Below, piece by piece: positions 1 through 8,317 of a stretch of DNA of 42,034 bases. The position numbers and the translations under genes are program-made. Each line of letters opens with the position of its first letter. Positions within the stretch are counted from its first letter, which is position 1. This stretch comes from Deltaproteobacteria bacterium GWA2_55_10 (GTDB taxonomy: Bacteria > Desulfobacterota > GWC2-55-46): the NCBI GenBank assembly GCA_001797415.1, contig MGPL01000081.1, forward strand, positions 1 to 42,034, read 5' to 3'. The notes beneath the pieces are model-generated. The model was not told where the DNA came from. It was given only the letters and a program-made list of their open reading frames with translations, and did no database searches.

Positions 1-770
1 ATATCCGGATTATCTATCATTACGTGCTGGCCGTCAAAACCCGCCACCATGCCCGAGAAGATGTTCCTTACGCCCATGAACCTCGCGACGTTCCTGGTCC
101 TGGGCCTGTAGAATACGTCTTCCTGCGTGCCTACCTGCTCTATGAAGCCGTTATTTATGACAGCCACCCTCTTGCCAAGCATGAAGGCCTCTTCGAGGTC
201 ATGGGTGACGAGGACCGTGGTGATGGGGTACATGCGGTGGATGTTCAGCAGGTCTGCCCTGAGCTTCTCCCTTACCTGGTAATCCAGCGCAGAGAAGGGC
301 TCGTCGAGGAGGAGCACCCGGGGCTCTGCGGCAAGGGTCCTGGCAAGCGCAGTCCTCTGCTTCTGCCCCCCTGAAAGCTCGTCAGGGTATCTCTCCTCAA
401 GGCCCGTGAGCCTCATGAGAGAGACCAGCTCGGCGACCTTCTCCTTAATAAAATCCTTTGTGCGCCCCTCTATGCCGTAAGCGATGTTCCCTGCAACGGT
501 CATGTGCGGGAAAAGCGCGTAGTCCTGAAAAAGATAGCCTACCTTCCTCTGGCGCATTGGCAGGTCTATGCCGGAAGCCGCGTCAAATAGCGTCTCGCTG
601 CCTGCGGCTACTCTCCCGCTGTCGGGCTTCACTATTCCGGAGACCATCTTCAGTATCATGGTCTTTCCCGCGCCTGATGGGCCGAAGAGGACGAGGAGCT
701 CCTCGTCGAGCTCGAGATCTACGTCTATCGAGAAGCCTTCGAGCTTCTTTTTCAGCGAGAGCTGGAGCAT
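1..770 (-). CDS. modC: Molybdate/tungstate ABC transporter ATP-binding protein, C-terminal part cut by the window edge
   Basis: Absent from the ORF track because it runs off the window. Reverse complement from ATG at 770-768 reads MLQLSLKKKLEGFSIDVDLELDEELLVLFGPSGAGKTMILKMVSGIVKPDSG, with Walker A GPSGAGKT; an LSGGQKQR signature lies further downstream (near 360-385). There is a 3-nt gap after the modB stop. The + strand ORFs 24..374, 458..793 and 568..777 are its shadows. Confidence 0.85.
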   Translation of the reverse strand, partial: MLQLSLKKKLEGFSIDVDLELDEELLVLFGPSGAGKTMILKMVSGIVKPDSGRVAAGSETLFDAASGIDLPMRQRKVGYLFQDYALFPHMTVAGNIAYGIEGRTKDFIKEKVAELVSLMRLTGLEERYPDELSGGQKQRTALARTLAAEPRVLLLDEPFSALDYQVREKLRADLLNIHRMYPITTVLVTHDLEEAFMLGKRVAVINNGFIEQVGTQEDVFYRPRTRNVARFMGVRNIFSGMVAGFDGQHVMIDNPD

Positions 771-773
771 CGT

Positions 774-1430
774 TTAAAACCTCACCCGGCTGAACCTGCC
801 CGCCACGTAAAGGACGGAGAAGGAGAAAAGGGTTATTATGCCGACAAGTGTATTAGCGGTTGCGTAGTCGCCCGACTGCACGGCGTCGTATATGGCTATG
901 GGCAGGGTCTGGGTCAAGCCGGGGATGTTGCCCGCTATCATCAGTGTCGCCCCGAACTCCCCTGTTGCCCGGGCAAATGCCATAACAGCGCCAGCGAGCA
1001 GGCCCCTCCACGCAAGGGGGAGCGTAACCGTGCGTATGACCTCGAACTCAGTCTTTCCAAGGAGCCTTGCCGCGTTCTCAATGTCCGCGCCGACGCCCTC
1101 AAATGCCGCGCGCGCGGGCTTCACGAAAAGGGGTAGCGAGGAGATGAACGCGGCCACGACCGCGCCCTTCCAGGTGAAGACCACCTCTATCCCGAGCGTC
1201 TCTTCAAGGAAGTTTCCGACAGGGCCTGATGAGCCGAATGCGACAAGGAGGTAATAGCCAAGCACTGTCGGCGGGATGACAAGCGGCTGCATTATGAGGG
1301 CGTCAAGGAGGCCCTTGCCCCAGAACGCCCTCTTAGCCATTACCCAGGCAAGGACGAGTCCGACTGTAATGGTACAGGCCGTCGCTATGAGCGAAACCTT
1401 TACCGTTATATATAGGGGAAAGAGGTCCAT
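774..1430 (-). CDS. modB: Molybdate ABC transporter permease
   Basis: 218-aa polytopic membrane ORF of the CysTW/ModB permease type (…LIMQPLVIPPTVLGYYLL…, …ENAARLLGKTEFEVIRTVTLPLAWRG…). Packed tightly between modA and modC. Confidence 0.85.
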   Translation of the reverse strand: MDLFPLYITVKVSLIATACTITVGLVLAWVMAKRAFWGKGLLDALIMQPLVIPPTVLGYYLLVAFGSSGPVGNFLEETLGIEVVFTWKGAVVAAFISSLPLFVKPARAAFEGVGADIENAARLLGKTEFEVIRTVTLPLAWRGLLAGAVMAFARATGEFGATLMIAGNIPGLTQTLPIAIYDAVQSGDYATANTLVGIITLFSFSVLYVAGRFSRVRF

Positions 1431-1431
1431 A

Positions 1432-2214
1432 TTATTCAGGAAGCGTGAAGCCGTATTTTTCCATTACGGGAGTGCCCTTTGGCCCGTTGACGTACTTTAT
1501 GAAATCACGGGCAATGCGCTCTTCTTTGGATGTCGCCACCACAGCGGCTGCCTGGTCAATGGGCCTGTGAAGCTCAGCCGGGATGACGCTGTAATCTATC
1601 TCAGGCACGTTCGCAACCGACAGGGCGATTATTCCGGCAGGCGCGTTGCCCGCCTGTATGTACTGGAGGGCCTGCCTGATGTTCTCGCCGTAGACAAGCC
1701 TGGATTTCATCTGCTCCCACACCCCGGCGGACTTTAATGCCTCCATCGCGGCAATGCCGTAGGGCGCATGGTCAGGGTTGGCAATGGCTATCCTGAAAGA
1801 GCCGCCGGAAAGGTCACGAAGTCCCTTGAGCGAAACCCCTGACCCTTTTCTCGTCGCCAGCACTATCCTGCCCCTGGCGTATATCTCGACCGTATCTTTC
1901 AATACGAGCCCTTTAGCGGCGAGCCTGTCAACATAGCCTTTGTCCGCCGAGAAGAATATATCGAAAGGCGCGCCGTGCTCAATCTGCTTGGCTAACATTC
2001 CCGTGGAGCCCATGGAGAGCACGACCTTATAGCCGGTCTCCTTTTCGAACTCCGCGGCAATCTCCTTCAAAGCGAAGGCAAGGTCGGCAGCGCCCGCGAC
2101 CGTAATATGCTTCTTATCTCCGGCAAGGGAGGGTACCGTGGAGAAGAGAAGCGGCAATACGGCCGCTGCCAGAAAAAAGAGTATCGATATGGATGTAAGG
2201 GATATCCTCTGCAT
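1432..2214 (-). CDS. modA: Molybdate-binding periplasmic protein
   Basis: ModA-like sequence (ITVAGAADLAFALKEIAAEFEKETGYKVVLSMGSTGMLAKQIEHGAPFDIFFSAD). I place the start at ATG 2214-2212, giving the signal peptide MQRISLTSISILFFLAAAVLPLLFS. The track start at 2259 is a TTG lying inside repeat copy A1. Confidence 0.85.
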   Translation of the reverse strand: MQRISLTSISILFFLAAAVLPLLFSTVPSLAGDKKHITVAGAADLAFALKEIAAEFEKETGYKVVLSMGSTGMLAKQIEHGAPFDIFFSADKGYVDRLAAKGLVLKDTVEIYARGRIVLATRKGSGVSLKGLRDLSGGSFRIAIANPDHAPYGIAAMEALKSAGVWEQMKSRLVYGENIRQALQYIQAGNAPAGIIALSVANVPEIDYSVIPAELHRPIDQAAAVVATSKEERIARDFIKYVNGPKGTPVMEKYGFTLPE

Positions 2215-2247
2215 AGTCTTAAAGTTTGCTAAAAAATCCCACTTTTG

Positions 2248-2379
2248 TTCAGGCTTCAAATAAGCTCCATATGCCAGGCCCCGGTTAAATCGGGGAGCGA
2301 GGAACGAGTCGTACTCTTCATGTACGTCGCTTCTGCCGCTTTGAGGCCAACGACGCAGATGGACTTATTTCATGCCTGC
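2248..2379 (+). repeat. Family-A structured intergenic repeat, copy A1 (degenerate termini)
   Basis: ttcaggcttcaaataagctccatatgccaggccccggttaaatcggggagcgaggaacgagtcgtactcttcatgtacgtcgc…cagatggacttatttcatgcctgc aligns along its full length with the copies at 13094, 26815, 30807, 32981 and 37726. Confidence 0.9.
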
Positions 2380-2386
2380 TCAGGGC

Positions 2387-2523
2387 AAAAAAAAACCAAC
2401 TCCTTGGAAAGGGTTGGTCGCCTAATCTCCTTTCCAAGGGGGAGGCTCAGCCGTTTCCAGCAGAGCCCTATCGGCCAGCCCGCCTTAGCTTAAAAAAGCC
2501 TTAGGCAGGGTGGCTCGGAGATC
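2387..2523 (-). promoter_or_regulatory. Moco (molybdenum cofactor) riboswitch-like leader with terminator/antiterminator platform
   Basis: The minus strand reads CTCCGAGCC…GGAAAC…GCCTCCCCCTTGGAAAGGAG, matching my recollection of the conserved Moco RNA motif blocks. It is followed by hairpin CCAACCCTTTCCAAGGAGTTGG plus T9. The 3' aptamer segment CCTTGGAAAGG is complementary to CCTTTCCAAGG in the terminator, which gives an alternative pairing. It lies upstream of modABC. Confidence 0.7.
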
Positions 2524-2602
2524 GTAAGTTAAGTTTTAACGGGCCCCAGGCCCGAAAAGCAGGACAAGGTTATCACGAAAAAAGCGGGCGAGTCAAGAAA
2601 GG

Positions 2603-3988
2603 CTATATTGCCGCGTTTACCGAGGGTATCAGGAAGCCGAAGGTAACTCCCCTGTCCTCGCCTCCATGGACCCAAACGCTCCCCCCGTGCGCCTCGACGA
2701 ACTTCTTCACTATGCTCAGGCCCAGGCCCGCGCCTCCGGTCTTGACGCCGTCCTCTGTCTGGTAGAAGGCGTCGAATATCCTCTCGGCCTCCTCCACCGA
2801 GATGCCCTTGCCGTCGTCCGATACCGTAAACTTCAAGCCGTCCTGAGAGTGAACGGCATTTATGCTCACGTCCTGAGTGGCGTGCTTGAAGGCGTTGCTT
2901 AGAAGGTTATAAATGACCCTCTTGAGCTTGTCGGCGTCAGCTGCCACCTCGATGTCCGCCAGCGCGGATTCAGTGTACTCTTCGCCGTTGAAGAGCAGCT
3001 TCTTGCCGGAACCCTCGAAGGGCAGGGCAGCCTCACGTATGGCGTCGGAGAGCCTTACCAGTTCCTTCCGGAGCACGAGGCTTCCGCTCTCGGCCCTGCT
3101 GAAATCCAGTATGTCAGAGGTCATGGAGCCTATCTTCAGGGCGCATGTGGAGATTATGTTGAGCTTCTTTTTTGCGTTCTCAGGGACGTCCGGGTACATG
3201 AGCGCAAGCTCGGCATTGACAGAAATCGAGGTAAGCGGCCCCCTTATGTCGTGCACGATGTGGTCTATGTACATTTTTCTGAGCTTATCGAGCTCCTTCT
3301 GCCTGGTCATGTTGAAGGCGATACCGAGGAAATTCCTTATCTCGCCCTTGCGGTCCTTGATGGCGTTTATCGAAAGGAGGACCGGCACCTCCCTGCCGTC
3401 GCGGGTGAGGTTTATAATCTCGCCCCTCCAGTATCCTATTGAGGGATCGAGGATGTCGCCCCACATCTTCTCATAGAGCGCCTTTGTCGAATGGGACGAC
3501 TTGAGCACCCTCGGGTTCCTGCCGAGGACCTCATGCCTCTCGTAGCCGTAAGTCTCAAGGAAGGCCTGGTTCACGTCTATTATGGAGCCGTCTTTGTCCG
3601 TTATGGCGACAGAGTCGTTAGAGAACTTGAAGATGCGCCTGAACTCGTCGGTGAAGAAGGCCGGCATGCCGGTCTTCCTGCTCGACAGTGTCAGCATGTA
3701 CGAATAGAGCTCTCCGGTGCGGTCACGGAGGAGGTGTAGCGCGAGGTAGAACTCGGCTATGGAGCCGTCCTCGCAGAGGAGCCCTGTTTTCCTGCCAGAG
3801 AAGGCGGTATCATTTTCATTCTCTTCCAGCATTGACCTGAACGCCGGTTCCAGGCCCGGCGGGGCCAGGGATGAGAACTCTTTTCCTATGACCTCTTCGG
3901 CATCGTAGCCGAGCAGGTCCTCGAGACTGTGGCTGAACCTTATTATCCGCCCCTGCTTATCTAAGCTGAGGCTCCCTTCCTTTGACAT
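2603..3988 (-). CDS. PAS-domain sensor histidine kinase (2 PAS + HisKA + HATPase_c), no transmembrane segment
   Basis: 461 aa. Contains PAS-like segments, an H-box IVHDIRGPL, and an ATPase N/G boxes (LLSNAFKH…DDGKGI…GGAGLGLSIVKKFVEAHGG). Confidence 0.85.
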   Translation of the reverse strand: MSKEGSLSLDKQGRIIRFSHSLEDLLGYDAEEVIGKEFSSLAPPGLEPAFRSMLEENENDTAFSGRKTGLLCEDGSIAEFYLALHLLRDRTGELYSYMLTLSSRKTGMPAFFTDEFRRIFKFSNDSVAITDKDGSIIDVNQAFLETYGYERHEVLGRNPRVLKSSHSTKALYEKMWGDILDPSIGYWRGEIINLTRDGREVPVLLSINAIKDRKGEIRNFLGIAFNMTRQKELDKLRKMYIDHIVHDIRGPLTSISVNAELALMYPDVPENAKKKLNIISTCALKIGSMTSDILDFSRAESGSLVLRKELVRLSDAIREAALPFEGSGKKLLFNGEEYTESALADIEVAADADKLKRVIYNLLSNAFKHATQDVSINAVHSQDGLKFTVSDDGKGISVEEAERIFDAFYQTEDGVKTGGAGLGLSIVKKFVEAHGGSVWVHGGEDRGVTFGFLIPSVNAAI

Positions 3989-4012
3989 GGAACATTACCC
4001 GCCTTACCAAGA

Positions 4013-4504
4013 TTAGTGTGATGCCTGCGACAGACTTCCGAGTATTCCAGCCAGACCGTTTATCTCTCCTGGGAGGAAACGCACCCCGACCCGCCTTTTG
4101 CCGCTGCCTTCCGAGACCCAGACGACATGGGCGTCGAAGAAAAGGGCGCTCGCTCCATCGGGCTTGATCCCTATTGTAAGGCTCTCGCCAGAGCCGATCT
4201 CTTTATCAGTGCTGAACATGAGCCCGCCGCTGCTTATGTTCTCGCTCTTTGCGTCGCAAAAACATCTCTCTCCGGTCTTACGGAATTCCAGCGGAAAGGC
4301 GGAATCGTATCTCTGGTCGGACCTTCCGTTATTGATGTGCGCGGCGCCGAGCTTGTTGAGCGTGACCAATGCCAGCGGACTGGGCCTGGACTTTCCTCTC
4401 TCCCACCTGTTCACGGTAGAGAAGCTCACCCCAAGCTCCCTTGCCAATTTTTCCTGAGACCACGACAGAGTTGTTCTAAGCCGTTTTATTTCATCAGGCC
4501 CCAT
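4013..4504 (-). CDS. XRE-type HTH fused to a PilZ (c-di-GMP-binding) domain
   Basis: The N-terminus LSWSQEKLARELGVSFSTVNRWERGKSRPS is a Cro/C1-type HTH. The C-terminus carries both PilZ motifs, RSDQR (RxxxR) and NISSGG (D/NxSxxG), followed by beta-rich sequence. It lies 24 nt upstream of the PAS kinase. Confidence 0.75.
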   Translation of the reverse strand: MGPDEIKRLRTTLSWSQEKLARELGVSFSTVNRWERGKSRPSPLALVTLNKLGAAHINNGRSDQRYDSAFPLEFRKTGERCFCDAKSENISSGGLMFSTDKEIGSGESLTIGIKPDGASALFFDAHVVWVSEGSGKRRVGVRFLPGEINGLAGILGSLSQASH

Positions 4505-4572
4505 ACCCCACCCCCGCTAATTTGAAAGCCCACCCACTTGCTATAGCAGACCATATAGAATATTATTCCGCC

Positions 4573-4604
4573 AAAAAAAAATCAAGCAGAGTTAGTGCCT
4601 GATT
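4573..4604 (-). terminator. Intrinsic terminator after deoB (end of the long cbi operon)
   Basis: The minus strand reads AATCAGGCACTAACTCTGCTTGATT (8-bp stem) followed by T9. Confidence 0.6.
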
Positions 4605-4635
4605 TTATACTTTTTTAAAAGTGAATTAAAAACAG

Positions 4636-5808
4636 CTACTTACAAATTAAATCGAGGAAGGATTTTCCATTTGCGGGTATTTGAATGCCGAGGGCATGGG
4701 ATATCGTGGCGCCGAGGTCGGAAAAGCTCTTTCGAGTGCCGAGGTTGACCCCCGGCCTTATCCCTTTGCCATAGACCAGGATGGGCACATGCTCCCTTGA
4801 GTGGTCGGTGGACGGCGTAGTGGGGTCGCAGCCGTGGTCGCCTGTTATAAAGAGGATATCGCGCTCTTTGAGCCTGCCGATCACCTCGGGTATGCGGGTA
4901 TCTATACTCGCGAGAGCATTTGCGTACCCTGGCGCGTCGTTCCTGTGACCGTAAAGCGTGTCTAAATCGACGAGGTTGGTGAAGATGAGGCCGCCCGAAC
5001 ACCTGTCCATCGCTTCGAGGGTCTTATTTATCCCCTCTGCGTCGCCCGATGTATGCACCTCTTCCGTAATGCCCCTGTGGACGAATATGTCGCCTATCTT
5101 GCCCACGCCTATTACATCCAGCCCTGCTGCCTTGACGTCTTCGAGTACGGTCCGGCCAGGCGGAGGCGCCGCGTAGTCCTTTCTCGCGGCAACCCTCTGG
5201 AAGCTGCCGGGCTTGCCTGTAAACGGCCTGGCTATGACCCTGCCGATGTTATAGCTATCCGCCAGGCGCCTTGTCTTCTCGCAGACCCTGTAAAGCTCTT
5301 GCAGGGGGATTATCCCGTCATGGGCCGCTATCTGGAAGACGCTGTCCGCGGACGTATAAACGATGAGCTTGCGGGTCTTCAAGTGCTCTTCGCCGAGACG
5401 CTCTATTATCTCGGTGCCAGAGGCTGTCTTGCCCCAGAGCCAGCCCCAGCCTGTCTCCCTGGTGAACCTCTCCATGACCTCCGGCGGGAAGCCTTCAGGG
5501 AATACAGGAAATGGCTTCTCAAGCACTATGCCGGCCATCTCCCAGTGGCCTGTAGCCGTATCCTTGCCGGGAGAGGCCTCAGACAAACGGCCGAATGAGC
5601 CTATGGGCGCGGCCGCCTTCTCTATGGCGTCCACGCCGGCTATATGCCCCAGCCCGAGCGAGGACAGGTTCGGCACCTTGAGGCCGCCGACCGCGCGCGA
5701 AAGGTTGTCCAGCGTGTGGCTTCCGGCGTCTCCGTACTTTTCCGCGTCAGGCATCTCTCCCGCGCCGAGCCCGTCGAAGACAATGACTATCGCCCTCGCA
5801 AAACGCAT
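4636..5808 (-). CDS. deoB: Phosphopentomutase
   Basis: 390 aa. MRFARAIVIVFDGLGAGEMPDAEKYGDAGSHTL… and …ITGDHGCDPT… are typical of DeoB in the alkaline-phosphatase superfamily. Its ATG follows the cbiH TAG with no gap. Confidence 0.85.
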   Translation of the reverse strand: MRFARAIVIVFDGLGAGEMPDAEKYGDAGSHTLDNLSRAVGGLKVPNLSSLGLGHIAGVDAIEKAAAPIGSFGRLSEASPGKDTATGHWEMAGIVLEKPFPVFPEGFPPEVMERFTRETGWGWLWGKTASGTEIIERLGEEHLKTRKLIVYTSADSVFQIAAHDGIIPLQELYRVCEKTRRLADSYNIGRVIARPFTGKPGSFQRVAARKDYAAPPPGRTVLEDVKAAGLDVIGVGKIGDIFVHRGITEEVHTSGDAEGINKTLEAMDRCSGGLIFTNLVDLDTLYGHRNDAPGYANALASIDTRIPEVIGRLKERDILFITGDHGCDPTTPSTDHSREHVPILVYGKGIRPGVNLGTRKSFSDLGATISHALGIQIPANGKSFLDLICK

Positions 5809-6612
5809 CTACGCTCGAACGCCCCCTTCAAGGTGGTAGCCCCTGGGCGTGACCATCCTTCCGAGGGCGAGGAATGTAGATGAATTTCCGACAACGAGGA
5901 TCGTAAGCATGTCTATCCTGTCGGACAGGGCCGGCACATTATCGAGGGTCGTCAATATCGCCTCCTCGTCTTCCCTGGAGGCGTTCCGCACGATGCCCAC
6001 AGGGGTAGTGCCTTTCCTGTGCTGTCCTATGATGGAAAGCGCCTTACCCAGGCCCTCGACCCTCTTCGAGCTCTTTGGGTTATAGAGGATGATGACGAAA
6101 TCGGCCTTTGCAGCGGCCTCTATCCTCTCCTCTATAACAGGCCAGTCCGTAAGCAGGTCTGAGAGCGAAATTGACGCGAAGTCATGCATGAGGGGCGCGC
6201 CCAGGATAGACGCGGCGGCGACGAACGCAGGCACGCCGGGGATGACATCGACCTTCAAATCATCATCGCCTGAAGCGGCCAGGAGCTCGAATACGAGGCC
6301 TGCCATGCCGTATATTCCCGCGTCACCTGAAGATACAACGGCAACGGCCTTTCCAGCCTTTGCGAACTCGACTGCCTTTGCGCACCTTTCGACTTCGTGC
6401 GTCATGCCTGTCGCGAAGACCTCCTTGCCCTCTATGAGCGGCTTTACAAGGCCGACATAGCGGGTATATCCGACGACGCAGTCAGCCTTCCGGAGAGTCT
6501 CCCTGGCCTTTACTGTAAGGTGATCGAGCCCGCCCGGGCCTATGCCTATGACGTAAATGGCGCCTTTGCCAGCGCCACTGTCACCTGAGGGCTTTTTATC
6601 TTTTTCAGACAT
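5809..6612 (-). CDS. cbiH: Cobalt-factor III / precorrin-3B C17-methyltransferase
   Basis: 267 aa. IYVIGIGPGGLDHLTVKARETLRKADCVVGYTRY is a tetrapyrrole methylase motif. The start overlaps cbiG by 67 nt, and no alternative ATG is available. Confidence 0.8.
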   Translation of the reverse strand: MSEKDKKPSGDSGAGKGAIYVIGIGPGGLDHLTVKARETLRKADCVVGYTRYVGLVKPLIEGKEVFATGMTHEVERCAKAVEFAKAGKAVAVVSSGDAGIYGMAGLVFELLAASGDDDLKVDVIPGVPAFVAAASILGAPLMHDFASISLSDLLTDWPVIEERIEAAAKADFVIILYNPKSSKRVEGLGKALSIIGQHRKGTTPVGIVRNASREDEEAILTTLDNVPALSDRIDMLTILVVGNSSTFLALGRMVTPRGYHLEGGVRA

Positions 6613-7610
6613 AATCTATCCGCTCCTGAGGCAAGGAGGGCAGCCGGCTCCGCGACCCCTCCTGAGCCTGTTATCTTCTCCACGAACCTTGAAGGCGGCG
6701 TAGCGCATTTCATTTTGTTAAGACTTGCAGCGCCGTAAAACTTTATCTCAAGCCCAAGGTCTCCCGCGAGTTTAACGAGCCCTTCTTCGTCTTTCTTTAT
6801 ATCTATGGTGGCAAGGCACTTCAATGAGCCGGGGGACAGGGACGCAATCCTCATGGCCCGTACAAGCGCCTTTTTTATCTCCTCTTTCGAAACGCCCCTC
6901 CTGCAGCCTATGCCCGCGACGACCTCTTTGGGCCTCATTATGAGCGTCCTCGAAAAAATTCCCAGCGGCGGCTTTTCAGCGCCGCTCGTTATTAAAACAA
7001 TTGCCTCGCCATCCTTCAGACTTTTCGGCAGGTTTTTTCTGAAGACAAACGCCCTGCAATCGACCCGCGCCTTCAGGCTTTTTAGCCTTGCGCCGTTTTC
7101 GTCAATAATATAGACCCTGCGGCCTTCGAGTATTGCCGCATTCACGGCCTTTATCTTTTTCGGGTCTTCTATATAGAGGCCGAATTCTTTTGAGATGTCT
7201 TCGACGCACGGCAGGCCCCAGATATCTGTAGCTGTCGTGATGACCGGCTGGCTGCCGAGCGCGGTCGCTATCTCTTTCGAGAGAGAATTTGCCCCTCCCA
7301 TGTGGCCTGATAGGAGGCTTATGCTGAACCGGCCCTTTTCATCCACGACTACGACTGCGGGATCGAGGTTTTTTGCCTTTATAAGAGGCGCTATGGCCCT
7401 TACGGCAATGCCCGCCGCTGAAATAAAGACAAGGGCAAGGGATGACTTGAATGCATCTGCCGCAGCCCGCTTTATACCGACCGATTTAATTTCATCAGGA
7501 GATACGAGCGATACCCCCCTGAAGGCCTTCTCTATCCTCCTGGCTGCCTTCAGGCCTCTCGCCGTTACCGCAAGGACGGCTATCCCCTTCTTTTCAGCGC
7601 GCCTAATCAA
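6546..7610 (-). CDS. cbiG: Cobalt-precorrin-5A hydrolase
   Basis: 354 aa with N- and C-terminal CbiG-like regions (IAVLAVTARG…, …VAGIGCRRG…SGGVAEPAALLASG). The TTG start overlaps the stop of the creatininase-like gene (TTGA). Confidence 0.8.
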   Translation of the reverse strand: MIRRAEKKGIAVLAVTARGLKAARRIEKAFRGVSLVSPDEIKSVGIKRAAADAFKSSLALVFISAAGIAVRAIAPLIKAKNLDPAVVVVDEKGRFSISLLSGHMGGANSLSKEIATALGSQPVITTATDIWGLPCVEDISKEFGLYIEDPKKIKAVNAAILEGRRVYIIDENGARLKSLKARVDCRAFVFRKNLPKSLKDGEAIVLITSGAEKPPLGIFSRTLIMRPKEVVAGIGCRRGVSKEEIKKALVRAMRIASLSPGSLKCLATIDIKKDEEGLVKLAGDLGLEIKFYGAASLNKMKCATPPSRFVEKITGSGGVAEPAALLASGADRLCLKKIKSPQVTVALAKAPFTS

Positions 7611-8311
7611 AGAGCCCTTACGACCTCGTCCAACCTGGACACCATGACATTGAAGAGCCTCTCGCCCTTCTCTTTAGTGGCCTTGCCCGGGTTTCCCCAG
7701 ACCGCGCCCGGCCAGTACTTGAGCTTGTCCTTTACCACGAGCGGCCTCGGGAATGAAGGGTACTCCTCCTTTGACCTGCCGTTCACGAGCCTCGGCGCGA
7801 GGTGCAGCATCAATGACGTTTCCATCTCACCGGCGTGAGAATCGTTCTCTGTCTCGGCGAGATCCCTGGCCTCTTTGCCGATGACGTCGTATATGGTGAA
7901 CGCGGCCATCCTGAGCCCGTCAAGAGTTGCCACAAGCTCCTCCGCGGCCTCCTTCATGGCAGAGACGTGCAGCCCTCCGCCGTGGCCCGAGACGAGTATT
8001 ATCTTCCGGATCCCGTGAGAATGGGCGTTCCTGACGATATCGGATATGATCGCCCTTAAAGTTGAAGTAGAGATGCCTATGGTGCCGGGGTGCTGCGCCG
8101 TCGAGGTGCACACGCCGTACTGGATGGGAGGGGCCATAAGCAAGTCCTTCCTGCCCTCGACGAGCTTCTTTACGACCTCCCGCATTATGAGCGTATCGGT
8201 ATTGAGCGGCAGGTGAGTGCCGTGGGCCTCCACCGTGCCGAATGGCACGATAAGCACGGCCCTCCTGGATAACCTTTTGAATTCAGTCATGGTGACTTCG
8301 CCCAGAAGCAT
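7607..8311 (-). CDS. Creatininase-family amidohydrolase (specific function unknown)
   Basis: 234 aa carrying the family motifs VEAHGTHLPLNTD, SGHGGG and HAGEMETS. A GAGGGGGTGA Shine-Dalgarno sequence precedes ATG 8311. Confidence 0.8.
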   Translation of the reverse strand: MLLGEVTMTEFKRLSRRAVLIVPFGTVEAHGTHLPLNTDTLIMREVVKKLVEGRKDLLMAPPIQYGVCTSTAQHPGTIGISTSTLRAIISDIVRNAHSHGIRKIILVSGHGGGLHVSAMKEAAEELVATLDGLRMAAFTIYDVIGKEARDLAETENDSHAGEMETSLMLHLAPRLVNGRSKEEYPSFPRPLVVKDKLKYWPGAVWGNPGKATKEKGERLFNVMVSRLDEVVRAL

Positions 8312-8317
8312 TATGGT

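Noticed and set aside
2245-2493. Repeat-derived short ORFs (2245..2493, 26609..26914, 26653..26874, 30653..30895, 33019..33339 and others) as possible small proteins
   Set aside because: They are translations of the family-A repeat in different frames and on different strands in different copies, with no conserved frame, start codon or ribosome-binding site. The similar peptide fragments (…APVKSGSEE…, …RPRLNRGARNE…) simply reflect the DNA repeat.
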